DNA of 64,000 bases. Source: an uncultured Actinomycetota bacterium (lineage in GTDB: Bacteria > Actinomycetota > Actinomycetes > Mycobacteriales > Mycobacteriaceae). Numbering within the stretch: position 1 is the first letter of the stretch; the number at the start of each line of letters is the position of its first letter. The position numbers were made by a program, and so were the translations under genes. Positions 21,631 through 31,871 of this stretch are shown here, in pieces. The stretch lies in NCBI GenBank assembly GCA_963846985.1, contig CAWJYC010000012.1, positions 106,506 to 170,505 on the forward strand, given 5' to 3'. The notes beneath the pieces are model-generated. The model did not search any database. It saw only the letters and a list, made by a program, of their open reading frames with translations, and was not told the DNA's origin.

Positions 21631-22062
21631 GTGCGGGTCTTGGTGCAGCGGGTGACGTCGGCGCGGGTGGTGGTGGGCGGCGACGTCGTCGGCGAGATCC
21701 GGCCCGTCGGGCAGGGGCTGCTGGCGCTGGTGGGCATCACCCATGGAGACGGCGCGGACACCGCGAACCGGATGGCGGAGAAGCTCTGGCGGTTGCGGAT
21801 CCTCGACGACGAGCGGTCGGCCGCAGATGTCGGCGCGCCGATACTCGTGGTGAGTCAGTTCACGCTGTACGCCAACACCATCAAGGGTCGCCGGCCGTCG
21901 TGGAATGCGGCGGCACCGCGAGCCGTGGCAGAGCCGCTGGTGACGGCCTTCGGCGAGGCGCTGCGCCGGTTGGGAGCGGACGTGGCGACGGGCGTCTTCG
22001 GTGCCGACATGGCCGTCGAATTGGTCAACGATGGGCCGGTGACGCTGTTGCTCGAGCTGTAA
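21631..22062 (+). CDS. dtd: D-aminoacyl-tRNA deacylase
   Basis: VQRV, SQFTL, KGRRPS, FGADM, NDGPVT. Confidence 0.95.
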   Translation: MRVLVQRVTSARVVVGGDVVGEIRPVGQGLLALVGITHGDGADTANRMAEKLWRLRILDDERSAADVGAPILVVSQFTLYANTIKGRRPSWNAAAPRAVAEPLVTAFGEALRRLGADVATGVFGADMAVELVNDGPVTLLLEL

Positions 22063-22118
22063 CGAGTGACGGGTGGGGCGGATGTAACGGTCCGGTACCG
22101 TTCGGCGATGTGACGATC

Positions 22119-22547
22119 ATGCGAACTGCGACAAGCAAGCTCGGGGCGGCCTTCGGCATCGCGGCTCTGGTGGCCGGCGCAGGTCTGGCGAGCCAGGCCA
22201 CGTCGAGTGCCGAGCCCGCCGCGCACCAGGTCCGGTACACGCTCGTCTCCCAGGCCGATGCCGACTTCGACCTGTTCTACCTGGTGAAGCAACCCGCGGA
22301 CAAGGCGGCGTACAACGCCGATTCCTACACCTACCTGAAGAAGGACGAGGTCACCCTCGCGGCGGGTGTGCCATGGGTGTTCGAGACGACGCTCGCCGAT
22401 CCGCAGTGGGCAATTCTGACCGTGAGCAGCACCACTCACGGCATGCGCGCCGCTCCGAACCCGCACTGCGACATCGCCGTCGATGGTCAGGTAGCCGTGC
22501 AACAGGACGCGCCGTACAACCTGCAGTGCCAGCTCGGGCAGTGGTGA
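22119..22547 (+). CDS. Secreted mycobacterial protein
   Basis: Signal peptide ending SSA-EP, HQVRYT, conserved Cys pair (PHC...LQC). Confidence 0.8.
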   Translation: MRTATSKLGAAFGIAALVAGAGLASQATSSAEPAAHQVRYTLVSQADADFDLFYLVKQPADKAAYNADSYTYLKKDEVTLAAGVPWVFETTLADPQWAILTVSSTTHGMRAAPNPHCDIAVDGQVAVQQDAPYNLQCQLGQW

Positions 22548-22583
22548 CGGGGTCCGTTCCGACCCATCCGCCCCCGGAATGAA

Positions 22584-22621
22584 CTATGGGCTGGCAAGGT
22601 TTTCACCCTGCCAGCCCATAG
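22584..22621. terminator. Intrinsic terminator hairpin between convergent genes
   Basis: CTATGGGCTGGCA...TGCCAGCCCATAG, 13-bp perfect stem. Confidence 0.8.
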
Positions 22622-22633
22622 ATCGTGAAGTTC

Positions 22634-22837
22634 TTAGATCGCGGTAACTCCGGTGGCCTGGGGGCCCTTCGCACCTTGTCCGACGTCGAACTGAACCCTC
22701 TGAGCCTCTTCCAGCGAGCGGTAGCCGCCGCCTTGGATCTCAGAATAGTGGACGAAGACATCCGGGGAGCCGTCGTCGGGGGCGATGAAGCCGAAGCCCT
22801 TTTCGCTGTTGAACCATTTCACAGTTCCCTGTGCCAT
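22634..22837 (-). CDS. cspA: Cold-shock protein (CspA family)
   Basis: [15 protein letters not shown] (RNP1), DVFVHYSEI (RNP2); may be a paralogue. Confidence 0.95.
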   Translation of the reverse strand: MAQGTVKWFNSEKGFGFIAPDDGSPDVFVHYSEIQGGGYRSLEEAQRVQFDVGQGAKGPQATGVTAI

Positions 22838-22951
22838 ACTCTTTTACTTCTTTCATCAGGAGCGGATGTGTCTTACACCCGCCGGAAAGTCTACTGCACA
22901 AACGGCTGCTCATCTCACTAAAGATCGCCAAAGATCATCATTGACTTCCGA

Positions 22952-22967
22952 TCGAACATATGTTCGC
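22952..22967. promoter_or_regulatory. LexA SOS box
   Basis: TCGAAC-ATAT-GTTCGC downstream of TTGACT (22941-22946) and 7 nt before the ATG at 22975. Confidence 0.88.
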
Positions 22968-22974
22968 ATGGATC

Positions 22975-23988
22975 ATGCGATGGGACCGCCAGGGCGTAGC
23001 GGTGGAGGACGGCTCGCTGCCTGGCCTTCAACGCATCGGATTCGTGCGATCGGTTCGGACGCCGCAGTTCGATGGGATCACGTTTCACGAGGTGTTGTGC
23101 AAGTCCGCGCTCAACAAGGTGCCCAACGCCAGCCAATTGCCGTTCCGCTTCACGGTCAACGGTTATCGCGGGTGCAGTCACGCCTGCCGCTACTGCTTCG
23201 CCCGTCCCACCCACGAATATCTGGACTTCGACAGCGGCAACGACTTCGACACGCAGGTCGTGGTGAAGACCAACGTCGCCGAGGTGCTGGGCCGGGAGCT
23301 CACCCGGAAGTCGTGGACGCGGGAAACCGTCGCGCTGGGCACCAATACCGATCCGTACCAGCGTGGGGAGGGTCGATATGCGTTGATGCCGGGCATCATT
23401 GGCGCCCTCGCGCACTCGGGGACGCCGTTCTCCATCCTCACCAAGGGCACGCTGTTGCGCCGTGACCTGCCGCTGCTGATCGACGCCGCCCACACCGTCG
23501 ACGTCAGCGTGGCGGTGTCCCTGGCGATGGCCGACCCAGCCCTGCACGCCGAGGTCGAACCCGGCACGCCCGCGCCGCGGGCGCGCCTGGACCTGATTCG
23601 GGCCATCCATGCCGCCGGACTGCACTGTCACGTGATGGTGGCGCCGGTGCTGCCCATGTTGACCGACTCCGCCGACCAGCTCGATGGACTGCTCGGGCAG
23701 ATCGCCGCCTCTGGCGCAACCAGCGCCACGGTGTTCGGCCTGCATCTGCGCGGTTCGACGCGCGGCTGGTTCATGAACTGGCTCGCCCGCTCGAAGCCGG
23801 AACTGGTCGACGAGTATCGCCGGCTGTACGGGCGCGGGGCATATTTGCCCAAGGAATACCGCGACGCGCTGCGGGGCCGGGCGGCGCCGCTTCTTGCCAA
23901 GCACGGGTTGACGGGTGGCCACCGGTCGTTCCGGATGGCGTCGGCGCCCCCGCTGGTTGCTGCCGAGATGCCGCCGACGCTGTTCTGA
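22975..23988 (+). CDS. Rv2578c-family radical SAM protein (SplB-like, DNA-damage inducible)
   Basis: GCSHACRYCFAR (CxxxCxxC), GTNTDPYQ, LTKG; SOS box. Confidence 0.92.
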   Translation: MRWDRQGVAVEDGSLPGLQRIGFVRSVRTPQFDGITFHEVLCKSALNKVPNASQLPFRFTVNGYRGCSHACRYCFARPTHEYLDFDSGNDFDTQVVVKTNVAEVLGRELTRKSWTRETVALGTNTDPYQRGEGRYALMPGIIGALAHSGTPFSILTKGTLLRRDLPLLIDAAHTVDVSVAVSLAMADPALHAEVEPGTPAPRARLDLIRAIHAAGLHCHVMVAPVLPMLTDSADQLDGLLGQIAASGATSATVFGLHLRGSTRGWFMNWLARSKPELVDEYRRLYGRGAYLPKEYRDALRGRAAPLLAKHGLTGGHRSFRMASAPPLVAAEMPPTLF

Positions 23989-24059
23989 CATCCGGTAGCG
24001 GCGGGGTTGCCCGGGCGTATGGTCCCTGCCAGGTTCTCGTTGGAGCGGAGAGGCACGCG

Positions 24060-24815
24060 ATGACAGTCGTCCTGGTTCACGGGGTGCCCGAGACTGCAGC
24101 GGTCTGGGATCTCCTGGTCGATCGGCTGGCCGATCTCGGCGAGGCGGACGTCCGCCGGCTGTCGCCGCCCGGGTTCGGCGCACCCGTCGGCGACGGGTTC
24201 GAGGCGACGATCGACGGTTACCGCGACTGGCTCATCGCCGAGCTGGAAACGATCGACGGACCGGTCGACCTCGTCGGGCACGACTGGGGCGGTGGCCACG
24301 TGCTGAACCTGGTGATGAACCGAGCCGACCTGGTGCATACCTGGACCTCGGACATCTGTGGGGTGTTCGACCCCGATTACGTGTGGCACGACCTCGCCCA
24401 GCAGTGGCAGACGCCCGGTGTCGGGGAGACGGCCGTCGCCGAGTTCGCCGCGATGAGCGTGGCCGACCGAGCCGACTTCCTCACCGGTGCCGGAATGGCG
24501 CCCGACATCGCGAGCCGGGTGTCGCCCGGCATCGACGGGGTGATGGGGGCGTCGATCCTGACGTTGTATCGGTCGGCGGCACAACCCGTCGTGGCCGAGG
24601 CGGGCCGAGAACTCGAACGCGCCGCGGCACGACCGGGGCTGGCGCTGCTGCCGACCGAGGACTCCTACGTTGGGACCGACACGCAGAAGCGGCGCGCCGC
24701 CACCCGCAGCGGAGCCCGCATCGAGGTGCTCGACGGGCTCGGCCACTGGTGGATGACCGAGGATCCCGAACGTGCCGCCCGCGTGTTGATCGACTTCTGG
24801 AACGCGCACCGGTAA
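24060..24815 (+). CDS. alpha/beta hydrolase (epoxide hydrolase-like)
   Basis: LVHGVPE, GHDWGG, GHWW. Confidence 0.88.
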   Translation: MTVVLVHGVPETAAVWDLLVDRLADLGEADVRRLSPPGFGAPVGDGFEATIDGYRDWLIAELETIDGPVDLVGHDWGGGHVLNLVMNRADLVHTWTSDICGVFDPDYVWHDLAQQWQTPGVGETAVAEFAAMSVADRADFLTGAGMAPDIASRVSPGIDGVMGASILTLYRSAAQPVVAEAGRELERAAARPGLALLPTEDSYVGTDTQKRRAATRSGARIEVLDGLGHWWMTEDPERAARVLIDFWNAHR

Positions 24816-24861
24816 TTAACGCTGCCCTATTGAGCATGTGTGCAAAGGGGCTTGTATCGAT

Positions 24862-24903
24862 CGGTACTGGGGCGTACCGTCTGCCCGGTACCTTTCCGTA
24901 CCG
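24862..24903. promoter_or_regulatory. Tandem palindromic operators CGGTAC-N6-GTACCG
   Basis: Copies at 24862-24879 and 24886-24903, just upstream of the P450 RBS. Confidence 0.7.
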
Positions 24904-24918
24904 AACTGGAGGTCAGAC

Positions 24919-26280
24919 ATGGGTGAGGCGACGACCGAGCCGGTGCGACTACCGCCAGCGCCGCGGATCCCCAAGGTGATCCAGGGCCTCGCCTTCGCCG
25001 TCGACCGCGACCGCGCCATCTCGAGCGTGGCCCGCCGCCATGGCTCGGAGTTCACGCTCAACCTGCCGATCTTCGGTAAGGCTGTCGTGATCAGCGATCC
25101 GGCGCTGGTGAGGGAACTCTTCACCATGAACACCGACCTCGTCGCCCGCGCAGGCACGCTCGGGGAGGTGCTCGGCCCCGGCTCCACCTTCAGCCTCGAG
25201 GGCCTGGCCCATCGCCAGCGCCGGAAGCTGCTGGTGCCGCCCCTGCATGGTAAGCGGATGCCCGGCTACGAGAAGATCGTCGAAGAAGAGGTGCTGCGGG
25301 AAGTCGCGACCTGGTCCGACGGCGAGGAGTTCGCCAGCATGCCGTCGATGATGCGGATCACCCTCAACGCCATCCTGCGAGCGGTCTTCGGCGCCGACGG
25401 CGCGGCGCTCGAGGAACTGCGGGAACTGCTACCCACCATGGTGCTCACCTCGTCGCGCCTCGCGGTGCTGCCGCCCGCGGTCCGGCGCGACCTTGGTCCG
25501 TGGAGTCCGGCCGGCCGCGCGGCGGCGCTGCGCCGCCGTTACGACGCGATCATTGCCGAGTTGATCGCCGATGCGCGGCGCGACCCCGGGTTCGACGCCC
25601 GCACCGATGTCCTGGCCCTGCTGCTCCGCGCCCGCTACGACGACGGCTCGCCGATCTCCGACGACCACGTCGCCGACGAGCTGCTCACCTTGCTCGCAGC
25701 GGGACACGAGACCACGGCGACCACCTTGGCCTGGGCCGTCGAACGGTTGCGACGACACCCCCGGCTGCTCAGCCGTCTCACCGAGGAGGTCGATGCCGGC
25801 GGGTCCGATCTGTTGCAGGCCACGATCTTCGAGGTTCAGCGAACCCGGCCCGTCATCAACGCCTTCGCCCGCCGTAGCAAGACCCGAATCCGTTTGAGAG
25901 AGTGGGTGATTCCTGCTCACCACACCATCATCGTCAGCATCTCACTGGCCCACGCCAACTCGCGGAACTACGCCGATCCCGGCACGTTCGACCCAGACCG
26001 CTTCGTGGGCAACCCGCCCGACAACTACTCGTGGATTCCCTACGGCGGCGGTGTCCGGCGCTGCATCGGAGCCGCTTTCGCCAACATGGAGATGATGGTG
26101 ACGCTTCGAACTCTGCTGCGCGAGTTCGAGATCCGCGGTACCTACGCGGCCGATGAACCGGCCCGCTCCCGCGGCGTCGCGACCGCACCGGGCCGCGGTG
26201 GGCTGGCCTGCGTCTACCGCCGGGCCGCACGCGTGCCGGGCACGGCGGCGACGACCGTCGCCCAGGGGGCCTCGGCGTGA
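24919..26280 (+). CDS. Cytochrome P450 (CYP138-like)
   Basis: AGHETT, EVQR (ExxR), FDPDRF, PYGGGVRRCIG heme motif; GGAGG RBS. Confidence 0.93.
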   Translation: MGEATTEPVRLPPAPRIPKVIQGLAFAVDRDRAISSVARRHGSEFTLNLPIFGKAVVISDPALVRELFTMNTDLVARAGTLGEVLGPGSTFSLEGLAHRQRRKLLVPPLHGKRMPGYEKIVEEEVLREVATWSDGEEFASMPSMMRITLNAILRAVFGADGAALEELRELLPTMVLTSSRLAVLPPAVRRDLGPWSPAGRAAALRRRYDAIIAELIADARRDPGFDARTDVLALLLRARYDDGSPISDDHVADELLTLLAAGHETTATTLAWAVERLRRHPRLLSRLTEEVDAGGSDLLQATIFEVQRTRPVINAFARRSKTRIRLREWVIPAHHTIIVSISLAHANSRNYADPGTFDPDRFVGNPPDNYSWIPYGGGVRRCIGAAFANMEMMVTLRTLLREFEIRGTYAADEPARSRGVATAPGRGGLACVYRRAARVPGTAATTVAQGASA

Positions 26281-27188
26281 GCGCCCCCGAGGAGCACGTG
26301 GTCGACGTCGGCCGCGGCATCCAGCTGTGCCACGACGCATTCGGCGACCCGGCCGATCCACCCGTGCTGCTGATCGCTGGCCTCGGCCAGCAGAAGCACA
26401 CCTGGCCTTCGGAGTTCGCTGCCGACCTGGCCGCGGCGGGGTACCGGGTGATTCGATTCGACAACCGGGACGTGGGCCGCTCGACGCATGCCGAGTTTCC
26501 GCCGCCGAAGCCATGGGCGATCCTGCGCGGCGGCAGCGACCGACGCCAGTATCACCTCGGCGACATGGCCCGCGACACCGTCGGTCTGCTGGATGCGCTC
26601 GGCCACCGGGACGCCCACCTCGTCGGGGTCTCGATGGGCGGCATGATCGCCCAGACCGTCGCCGCTCAGCATCCTGGCCGGGCGCGGAGCCTGACGTCGA
26701 TCATGTCGACGACCGGTGCCCCGCGGATCGGCCGACCCGCACCGTCGACCTGGTGGCTGTTGGCGACGTCTCGGCCCGCCCGCAGCCGGACCGAGGCATG
26801 CGATGCCGCGGTGAAGACGTTCCGCCACATCGCGTCTCGCGGATTTCCCTTCGACGAGCAGTGGGTGCGGGACAAGGCAGGCCTCGCGTGGGATCGTGAC
26901 CCCACGTCGGCGGGCACCACCCGCCAGTTGGCCGCGATCTTTGCCTCGGGTGACCGGACCGCCGAGCTGCGGCACGTCGACGTGCCAACCCTGGTGATCC
27001 ACGGCGACCACGACCGGATGGTCAACCCGACCGGAGGCGCCGCCACCGCCGCCGCCATTCCCGGCGCGCGACTGGAGACCATCGTCGGCATGGGGCATGA
27101 CCTGCCGGTGGGCGCCTGGGGCCGCCTCCGCGAACTGATCCTCGACCACCTCACCCACTCGACCTCCAACCAGAAGGACAGCCGATGA
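26277..27188 (+). CDS. alpha/beta hydrolase (LipG-like esterase)
   Basis: FDNRDVGRS, GVSMGG, HGDHD, GMGHDLP; GTGA coupled to the P450. Confidence 0.9.
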   Translation: MSAPEEHVVDVGRGIQLCHDAFGDPADPPVLLIAGLGQQKHTWPSEFAADLAAAGYRVIRFDNRDVGRSTHAEFPPPKPWAILRGGSDRRQYHLGDMARDTVGLLDALGHRDAHLVGVSMGGMIAQTVAAQHPGRARSLTSIMSTTGAPRIGRPAPSTWWLLATSRPARSRTEACDAAVKTFRHIASRGFPFDEQWVRDKAGLAWDRDPTSAGTTRQLAAIFASGDRTAELRHVDVPTLVIHGDHDRMVNPTGGAATAAAIPGARLETIVGMGHDLPVGAWGRLRELILDHLTHSTSNQKDSR

Positions 27189-28066
27189 GAACGTCAGCCG
27201 CCACCGTCATCAGTGGCACCACGGTGGTCATCACCGGAGCCGGTTCGGGGATCGGCCGTGCGCTGGCGCAGCGGCTCTCAGCGCACAGCTGTCCGGTGGC
27301 CATCGCCGACGTCGACGAGGGCGCGCTGAAGGAGACCGAAGCCACGCTCGCTGGGCCGACGCTCACCAGGGTGCTCGACGTCCGAGACGCGCAGGATCAA
27401 CTGGCCTTCGCCGAGGAAGTCGCCCAGTGGGCGCCGAGACCGCTGGGCGCGGTGTTCAACAACGCGGGCGTCGCCGTCTCCTCGACGGTGCTCGACACGG
27501 TGGTCGAGGATGACCAGTGGCTGTGGGACATCAACTTCCACGGCGTCGTCAACGGCACCAGGGCGTTCCTGCCGCTCCTGGTCGAACAGGACTCCGGAGC
27601 GATCGTCAACACCTCGAGCGTGTTCGGTCTGGTCGGCATGCCAACCCAGAGCGCATACTGCGCAGCCAAGTTCGCGGTCCGCGGCTTCACCGACTCGTTG
27701 CGCCAGGAGCTGCGTGGCTCGGGCGTCCGGGCCATCAACGTGCATCCCGGCGGCATCAACACCAACATCGTCCGCAATGCCCGGTTCCGTCGCGATCCAT
27801 CGGGCGAGGGCCGAAGCCACGAGCAGATGGTCAAGGAGTTCGCCGCAATCACGATGACCCAGCCCACGAAGGCGGCCGAGATCATCCACCGGGGGGTGGA
27901 GGGCGGTAGGGCGCGGATCCTCGTCGGGCCCGACGCGCACTTCTTCGATGCGCTCGCGCGGCTGGCGCCGACCCACTACTACGACATCCTGACCCGGGTC
28001 GAGTCCCGGCTGCGGGGGAGAGCCCGCGCCGAGGTCGCCGCCCAACCGGTGCCCGCGGAGAGCTGA
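27185..28066 (+). CDS. SDR oxidoreductase
   Basis: TGAGSGIG, NNAG, YCAAK. Confidence 0.93.
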   Translation: MRTSAATVISGTTVVITGAGSGIGRALAQRLSAHSCPVAIADVDEGALKETEATLAGPTLTRVLDVRDAQDQLAFAEEVAQWAPRPLGAVFNNAGVAVSSTVLDTVVEDDQWLWDINFHGVVNGTRAFLPLLVEQDSGAIVNTSSVFGLVGMPTQSAYCAAKFAVRGFTDSLRQELRGSGVRAINVHPGGINTNIVRNARFRRDPSGEGRSHEQMVKEFAAITMTQPTKAAEIIHRGVEGGRARILVGPDAHFFDALARLAPTHYYDILTRVESRLRGRARAEVAAQPVPAES

Positions 28067-28073
28067 CCGTTTC

Positions 28074-29339
28074 CTACTCGCGCCTGCGTTTCACCTGATT
28101 GAACGGCACGCCGCGGTCGGGGGCGTGCTCGCGTGGGAAGCCGAGGATCCGCTCGCCGATGACGTTGCGGGCGATCTCCGTGGTGCCGCCACCGAGGGAC
28201 GCGGCCTGGCGCGAGGGGTAGCGGTCGCCGTAGGAGAACAGGCCGCTGCCGTCGTCGACGACGCCCGCGGGTCCCGCGATCGCCAGGGCCGTGTCGATCT
28301 CGAACTGGACGGTCTCGGCGTGGGTGATGCGGATGATGGAACCGGCTGCCGCGGGCAGGGTTCCGTCGAGGACCCCGTGATAGACGTGATCGACCAACTG
28401 CTCCTGGACGGCGCGGCGCACCAACGCGCGGCCGGCCTGTTCGCGGACGCGCTCGTTGTCGGTCTGACCGGTGGCTCGGAGCAGCCCGACGTAGTCGATG
28501 GGTTGATCGGTCGCACCCTCCGCGCCGATACCGCTCGCGAACTCGGAACCGCCGCCGACGGCGCGGCGCTCGTGGAACATCTGCCGCGAGGCGACGGCCC
28601 AGCCATCGTTGACGGCTCCGACGACCGCGTCGTCGGACAGTTCCAGGTCGTCGAAGAACTCCTCGCAGAACTCGTTGCCGCCGTCGACCTGCATGATGCG
28701 GCGCATCGTGATGCCGGGGCTGTTGATCGGCACCAGGAACATCGTCAAGCCCTCGTGCTTGGGCACGGTCCAGTCGGTCCGCGCCAGCAGCAGGCCATAG
28801 TCGGCGGCGAAGGCGCTGGTACTCCAGGTTTTGGCGCCGTTGACGACCCACCTGTCGCCGCGGCGGTCGGCGCGGGTGATGACCCCCGCGAGGTCGGAGC
28901 CACCGTTGGGCTCCGACAGCAGTTGCACCAGGATCTCGTCGCCACGGATGGCGGCGGAGATGCGGTCCCGCTTCTGCTGCTCGCTCGCGGTGTCGAGAAG
29001 CGTTGCCGCACATATGGTGAACGTCGGCGTGTTGAGGATCAACGGTAATTCGTAGTCGCGAGAGACGGTGTCGAAGGCGCGCTGGTAGGCGATCGGAAGG
29101 CCCAGCCCGCCGTACTCGCGCGGGAAGCAGATGCCCGCGAATCCGCCCGCGTAGAGCATCCGCTGCAGTTCGCGAGCCCGCTGCCACGGGGCGTCCTCGC
29201 CGCGGTCGCACCCGGGCGGATTGGCGGGGTCTACGCGAGGCATGTTGTCGGCCAACCACTTACGAGCCCGATCGGCGAACTCGGTCACCGACTCCGACGT
29301 CGCGGGCGCCGAGGTGGTCGCCGCCGTGGTCTCGGTCAC
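28074..29339 (-). CDS. Acyl-CoA dehydrogenase
   Basis: SEPNGGSDLA, NGAKTWST, EFCEEFFDD, GGGTTEIARN; GTG start overlapping the upstream stop. Confidence 0.9.
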   Translation of the reverse strand: MTETTAATTSAPATSESVTEFADRARKWLADNMPRVDPANPPGCDRGEDAPWQRARELQRMLYAGGFAGICFPREYGGLGLPIAYQRAFDTVSRDYELPLILNTPTFTICAATLLDTASEQQKRDRISAAIRGDEILVQLLSEPNGGSDLAGVITRADRRGDRWVVNGAKTWSTSAFAADYGLLLARTDWTVPKHEGLTMFLVPINSPGITMRRIMQVDGGNEFCEEFFDDLELSDDAVVGAVNDGWAVASRQMFHERRAVGGGSEFASGIGAEGATDQPIDYVGLLRATGQTDNERVREQAGRALVRRAVQEQLVDHVYHGVLDGTLPAAAGSIIRITHAETVQFEIDTALAIAGPAGVVDDGSGLFSYGDRYPSRQAASLGGGTTEIARNVIGERILGFPREHAPDRGVPFNQVKRRRE

Positions 29340-30490
29340 GAGGCAGACTCCAGTTCGTCGGTGAGCGCTTCGGTGATGGCGAAGACACGCAGGTTGTGGT
29401 CCTCGGGCGTGCCGAACATCGAGCGGTACAGCGTGACCCGGCGCAGATAGAGGTGAAGGTCGTGCTCCCAGGTCACGCCGATGCCGCCGTGCATCTGCAC
29501 GCACGACTGCAGCATGGCGGGGGCGTGCTCCCCGAGGTAGCTCTTGGCCACGCTGACGGCTAGGTCGGCGTCGTCGGAGCGATCGGCGACCGCGGTGATG
29601 GCGGCCCGGGTCGTGGCCCGGGACGCCTCCAACCAGATCTTCATGTCCGCGTACTTGTGCTTGAGGGCCTGATACGACGCCAGCGGACGGCCGAAGGTGT
29701 ACCGGTCCAGCGCCCACTGAACCGTGAAGCCGAAGACCGTGTCAAGGATGCCGACGACCTCGGCACACTGCAGTACCGCGGCGATCTGGCTTTGCCGGGC
29801 GATCAGCGCCCGGGTCTGCTCGGCCGAGCCGACGACGGCGTCGGGTGCGATTTCGACGCCGTGGAAGGTGACTCGGGCGTACCGCTTGAGGAGATCAAGG
29901 GAGCGCTGGGCCTCGACCGACACACCGGCGGCGTCGGCCGGGACCAGAAACTGCCGCACCGCCCCGTCGCACTCGGCGACGACGAGGAACACTCCGCTCT
30001 CCGGGCCCGCTTCGACCCGATCCTTGACACCGTCGATGCGAAAGCCAGTGCCGCTGGGGGTCGCCGTGACCGTCGTGACGTCGGGCGCCCAGGCGCGACC
30101 CGGTTCGTACACCGCCCAGGACGCGACCAGGTCACCGGCGACCAACGCGTCGATGGTGGTGGAGTGCGCCTCGGCATTCTCCGCGTCGACCAGTCCGGCA
30201 AGCACCGTGTTCACGGGATGCAATGGGCCCGGGGCCACGGTGTGTCCCACCTGCTCGGCGACGAGGGCGAGGTCGCCGACGCCGTCCCCGGAGACGCTGC
30301 CGCCACCGAGGTCCTCGGGAACCAGCATGCTGGCCCAGCCGAGCTCGGCGGCGCGCTGCCACCAGCCGGCGTCGAACGACGTTTCCGCTGCGTGCAACTC
30401 GCGCACCCGATCGATCGAGGCTTCCCTGTCCAGAAAGGCCCGAGCGGTCGAGGCGAAGAGCAGCCGCTCCGGTGAGGCGACTTCAGTCAT
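29336..30490 (-). CDS. Acyl-CoA dehydrogenase (likely partner subunit)
   Basis: RYTFGRPLASYQALKH, QMHGGIGVTWEH. Confidence 0.9.
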   Translation of the reverse strand: MTEVASPERLLFASTARAFLDREASIDRVRELHAAETSFDAGWWQRAAELGWASMLVPEDLGGGSVSGDGVGDLALVAEQVGHTVAPGPLHPVNTVLAGLVDAENAEAHSTTIDALVAGDLVASWAVYEPGRAWAPDVTTVTATPSGTGFRIDGVKDRVEAGPESGVFLVVAECDGAVRQFLVPADAAGVSVEAQRSLDLLKRYARVTFHGVEIAPDAVVGSAEQTRALIARQSQIAAVLQCAEVVGILDTVFGFTVQWALDRYTFGRPLASYQALKHKYADMKIWLEASRATTRAAITAVADRSDDADLAVSVAKSYLGEHAPAMLQSCVQMHGGIGVTWEHDLHLYLRRVTLYRSMFGTPEDHNLRVFAITEALTDELESAS

Positions 30491-30530
30491 GCGCGTGCAC
30501 TCCGCTTTTCGCTCGTCGGGAAGTGGAACG

Positions 30531-31760
30531 TCAGGCCAGGACGAGGGCCGGCACGTCCGGCTTGTGGACGATCTGGTTCGGCACCTTGAACAGGTCGATC
30601 ATGTTGCCTCCCATGACCTTTCGCACACCGTCGGCGTCGAGTCCGTGGGCCTCGAGATCGTCGACCAGGTTGATCGGATCGGCCAGGCCCTCCGGGTGCG
30701 GCCAGTCCGAGCCGAAGATGATGTGGTCGACGCCACACAGGTCGGCCATCTGCTTGAAGTCGTCCTCCCAGAACGGCGCGACGTAGACGCATCGCTTGAA
30801 TGCCTGAATCGGATCCTCCGGGAAGGCGTCTGGCATCTTCTTGAAGACGTCATTGAACTGGTAGAAGAGGTAGGGCACCCAGGATGCGCCGTTCTCCACC
30901 GACAGAATTCGCAGATCCGGGTTGCGGGTCAGCGCTCCGTGGCAGACCAGCGCGGCCATGGTGTCCTCGATGGGGCGCTTGCCCATCGCGACCATCCGGA
31001 ACGAGGTGGGCGCGAACGGCTTGAACTCGTCGCCGGGCTCCCAGTCGTTGAGGTAGGAGGAGTACCCACTGTCCGACGCGTGCATTGACACCGGGATGCC
31101 CGCGGCGACACACGCCTGCCAGAACGGGTCGAACTCGGGAAGTCCCAGCGACCGGCTGCCGCGGTAACCCGGTACCGGTGCCGGCCTGACGAGGACCGTC
31201 TTCGCGCCGCGCTGCACGCACCACTCGAGCTCCTCGAGCGCGCGGTCGACGTTGCCGAGGTTGATCACCGGGGTCGAGAAGATGCGGTCTTCGTAGTTGA
31301 ACTGCCACGTCTCGTACATCCACTGATTCAGCCCGTGGACGATGTCGAGGATCAGGTCGGGATCGTCCTTCAGGCGTTCTTCGACGAGGGAAGCGAGGGT
31401 CGGAAACATCAGGGTGTAGTCGAGGCCGAGCCCATCGAGGACCTCGAGTCGCGCCGCGGGATTGCGGAAGGCGGGGATGGCCTTCATCGGCTTGCCCATC
31501 ACCTCGCGGTAGCTCTTGCCGCCGCTGCCGTTGCGGAAGTAGTCCTCCTGCGCGCCGGGCCGGGCCACCACTTCGAAGGTCGGGTTCGGGATGTAGTCGC
31601 TGACCTGATTGCGCACCATGATCTTGGTGCGGCCGCGGACGTCGATGTAGTCGATGACGCCCTTGCGGTGGTCGGGAAGGAACTGGGTCAGCGCTTCCTT
31701 CGGCTCGTAGAAGTGGTTGTCCGCGTCGAACACGGGATAGGACAACGTGCGTGAGGGCAT
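30531..31760 (-). CDS. Amidohydrolase family 2 protein
   Basis: DADNHFYE, FPT, FDPFW, SMH, ENG, FGSDWPH. Confidence 0.92.
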   Translation of the reverse strand: MPSRTLSYPVFDADNHFYEPKEALTQFLPDHRKGVIDYIDVRGRTKIMVRNQVSDYIPNPTFEVVARPGAQEDYFRNGSGGKSYREVMGKPMKAIPAFRNPAARLEVLDGLGLDYTLMFPTLASLVEERLKDDPDLILDIVHGLNQWMYETWQFNYEDRIFSTPVINLGNVDRALEELEWCVQRGAKTVLVRPAPVPGYRGSRSLGLPEFDPFWQACVAAGIPVSMHASDSGYSSYLNDWEPGDEFKPFAPTSFRMVAMGKRPIEDTMAALVCHGALTRNPDLRILSVENGASWVPYLFYQFNDVFKKMPDAFPEDPIQAFKRCVYVAPFWEDDFKQMADLCGVDHIIFGSDWPHPEGLADPINLVDDLEAHGLDADGVRKVMGGNMIDLFKVPNQIVHKPDVPALVLA

Positions 31761-31791
31761 GTCCGTCTCCTAGAGAGTCAGGTATGTCGGA

Positions 31792-31812
31792 AGTGGTAAT
31801 GACGTTACCACT
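31792..31812. promoter_or_regulatory. Palindromic operator upstream of the amidohydrolase operon
   Basis: AGTGGTAA-tgacg-TTACCACT; related site GAGAAcgacgTTACC at 32511-32525. Confidence 0.7.
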
Positions 31813-31871
31813 CGGATCGCCCGGAATGAACCATTGCCGGGGAACGGTCTGCTGACCGTCGAACTCGCAGC

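Noticed and set aside
22838-22967. LexA control of the cold-shock gene
   Set aside because: The likely csp -10 (TAGACT on the minus strand, ~22888-22893) is ~60 bp from the SOS box, which is positioned for the radical SAM gene.
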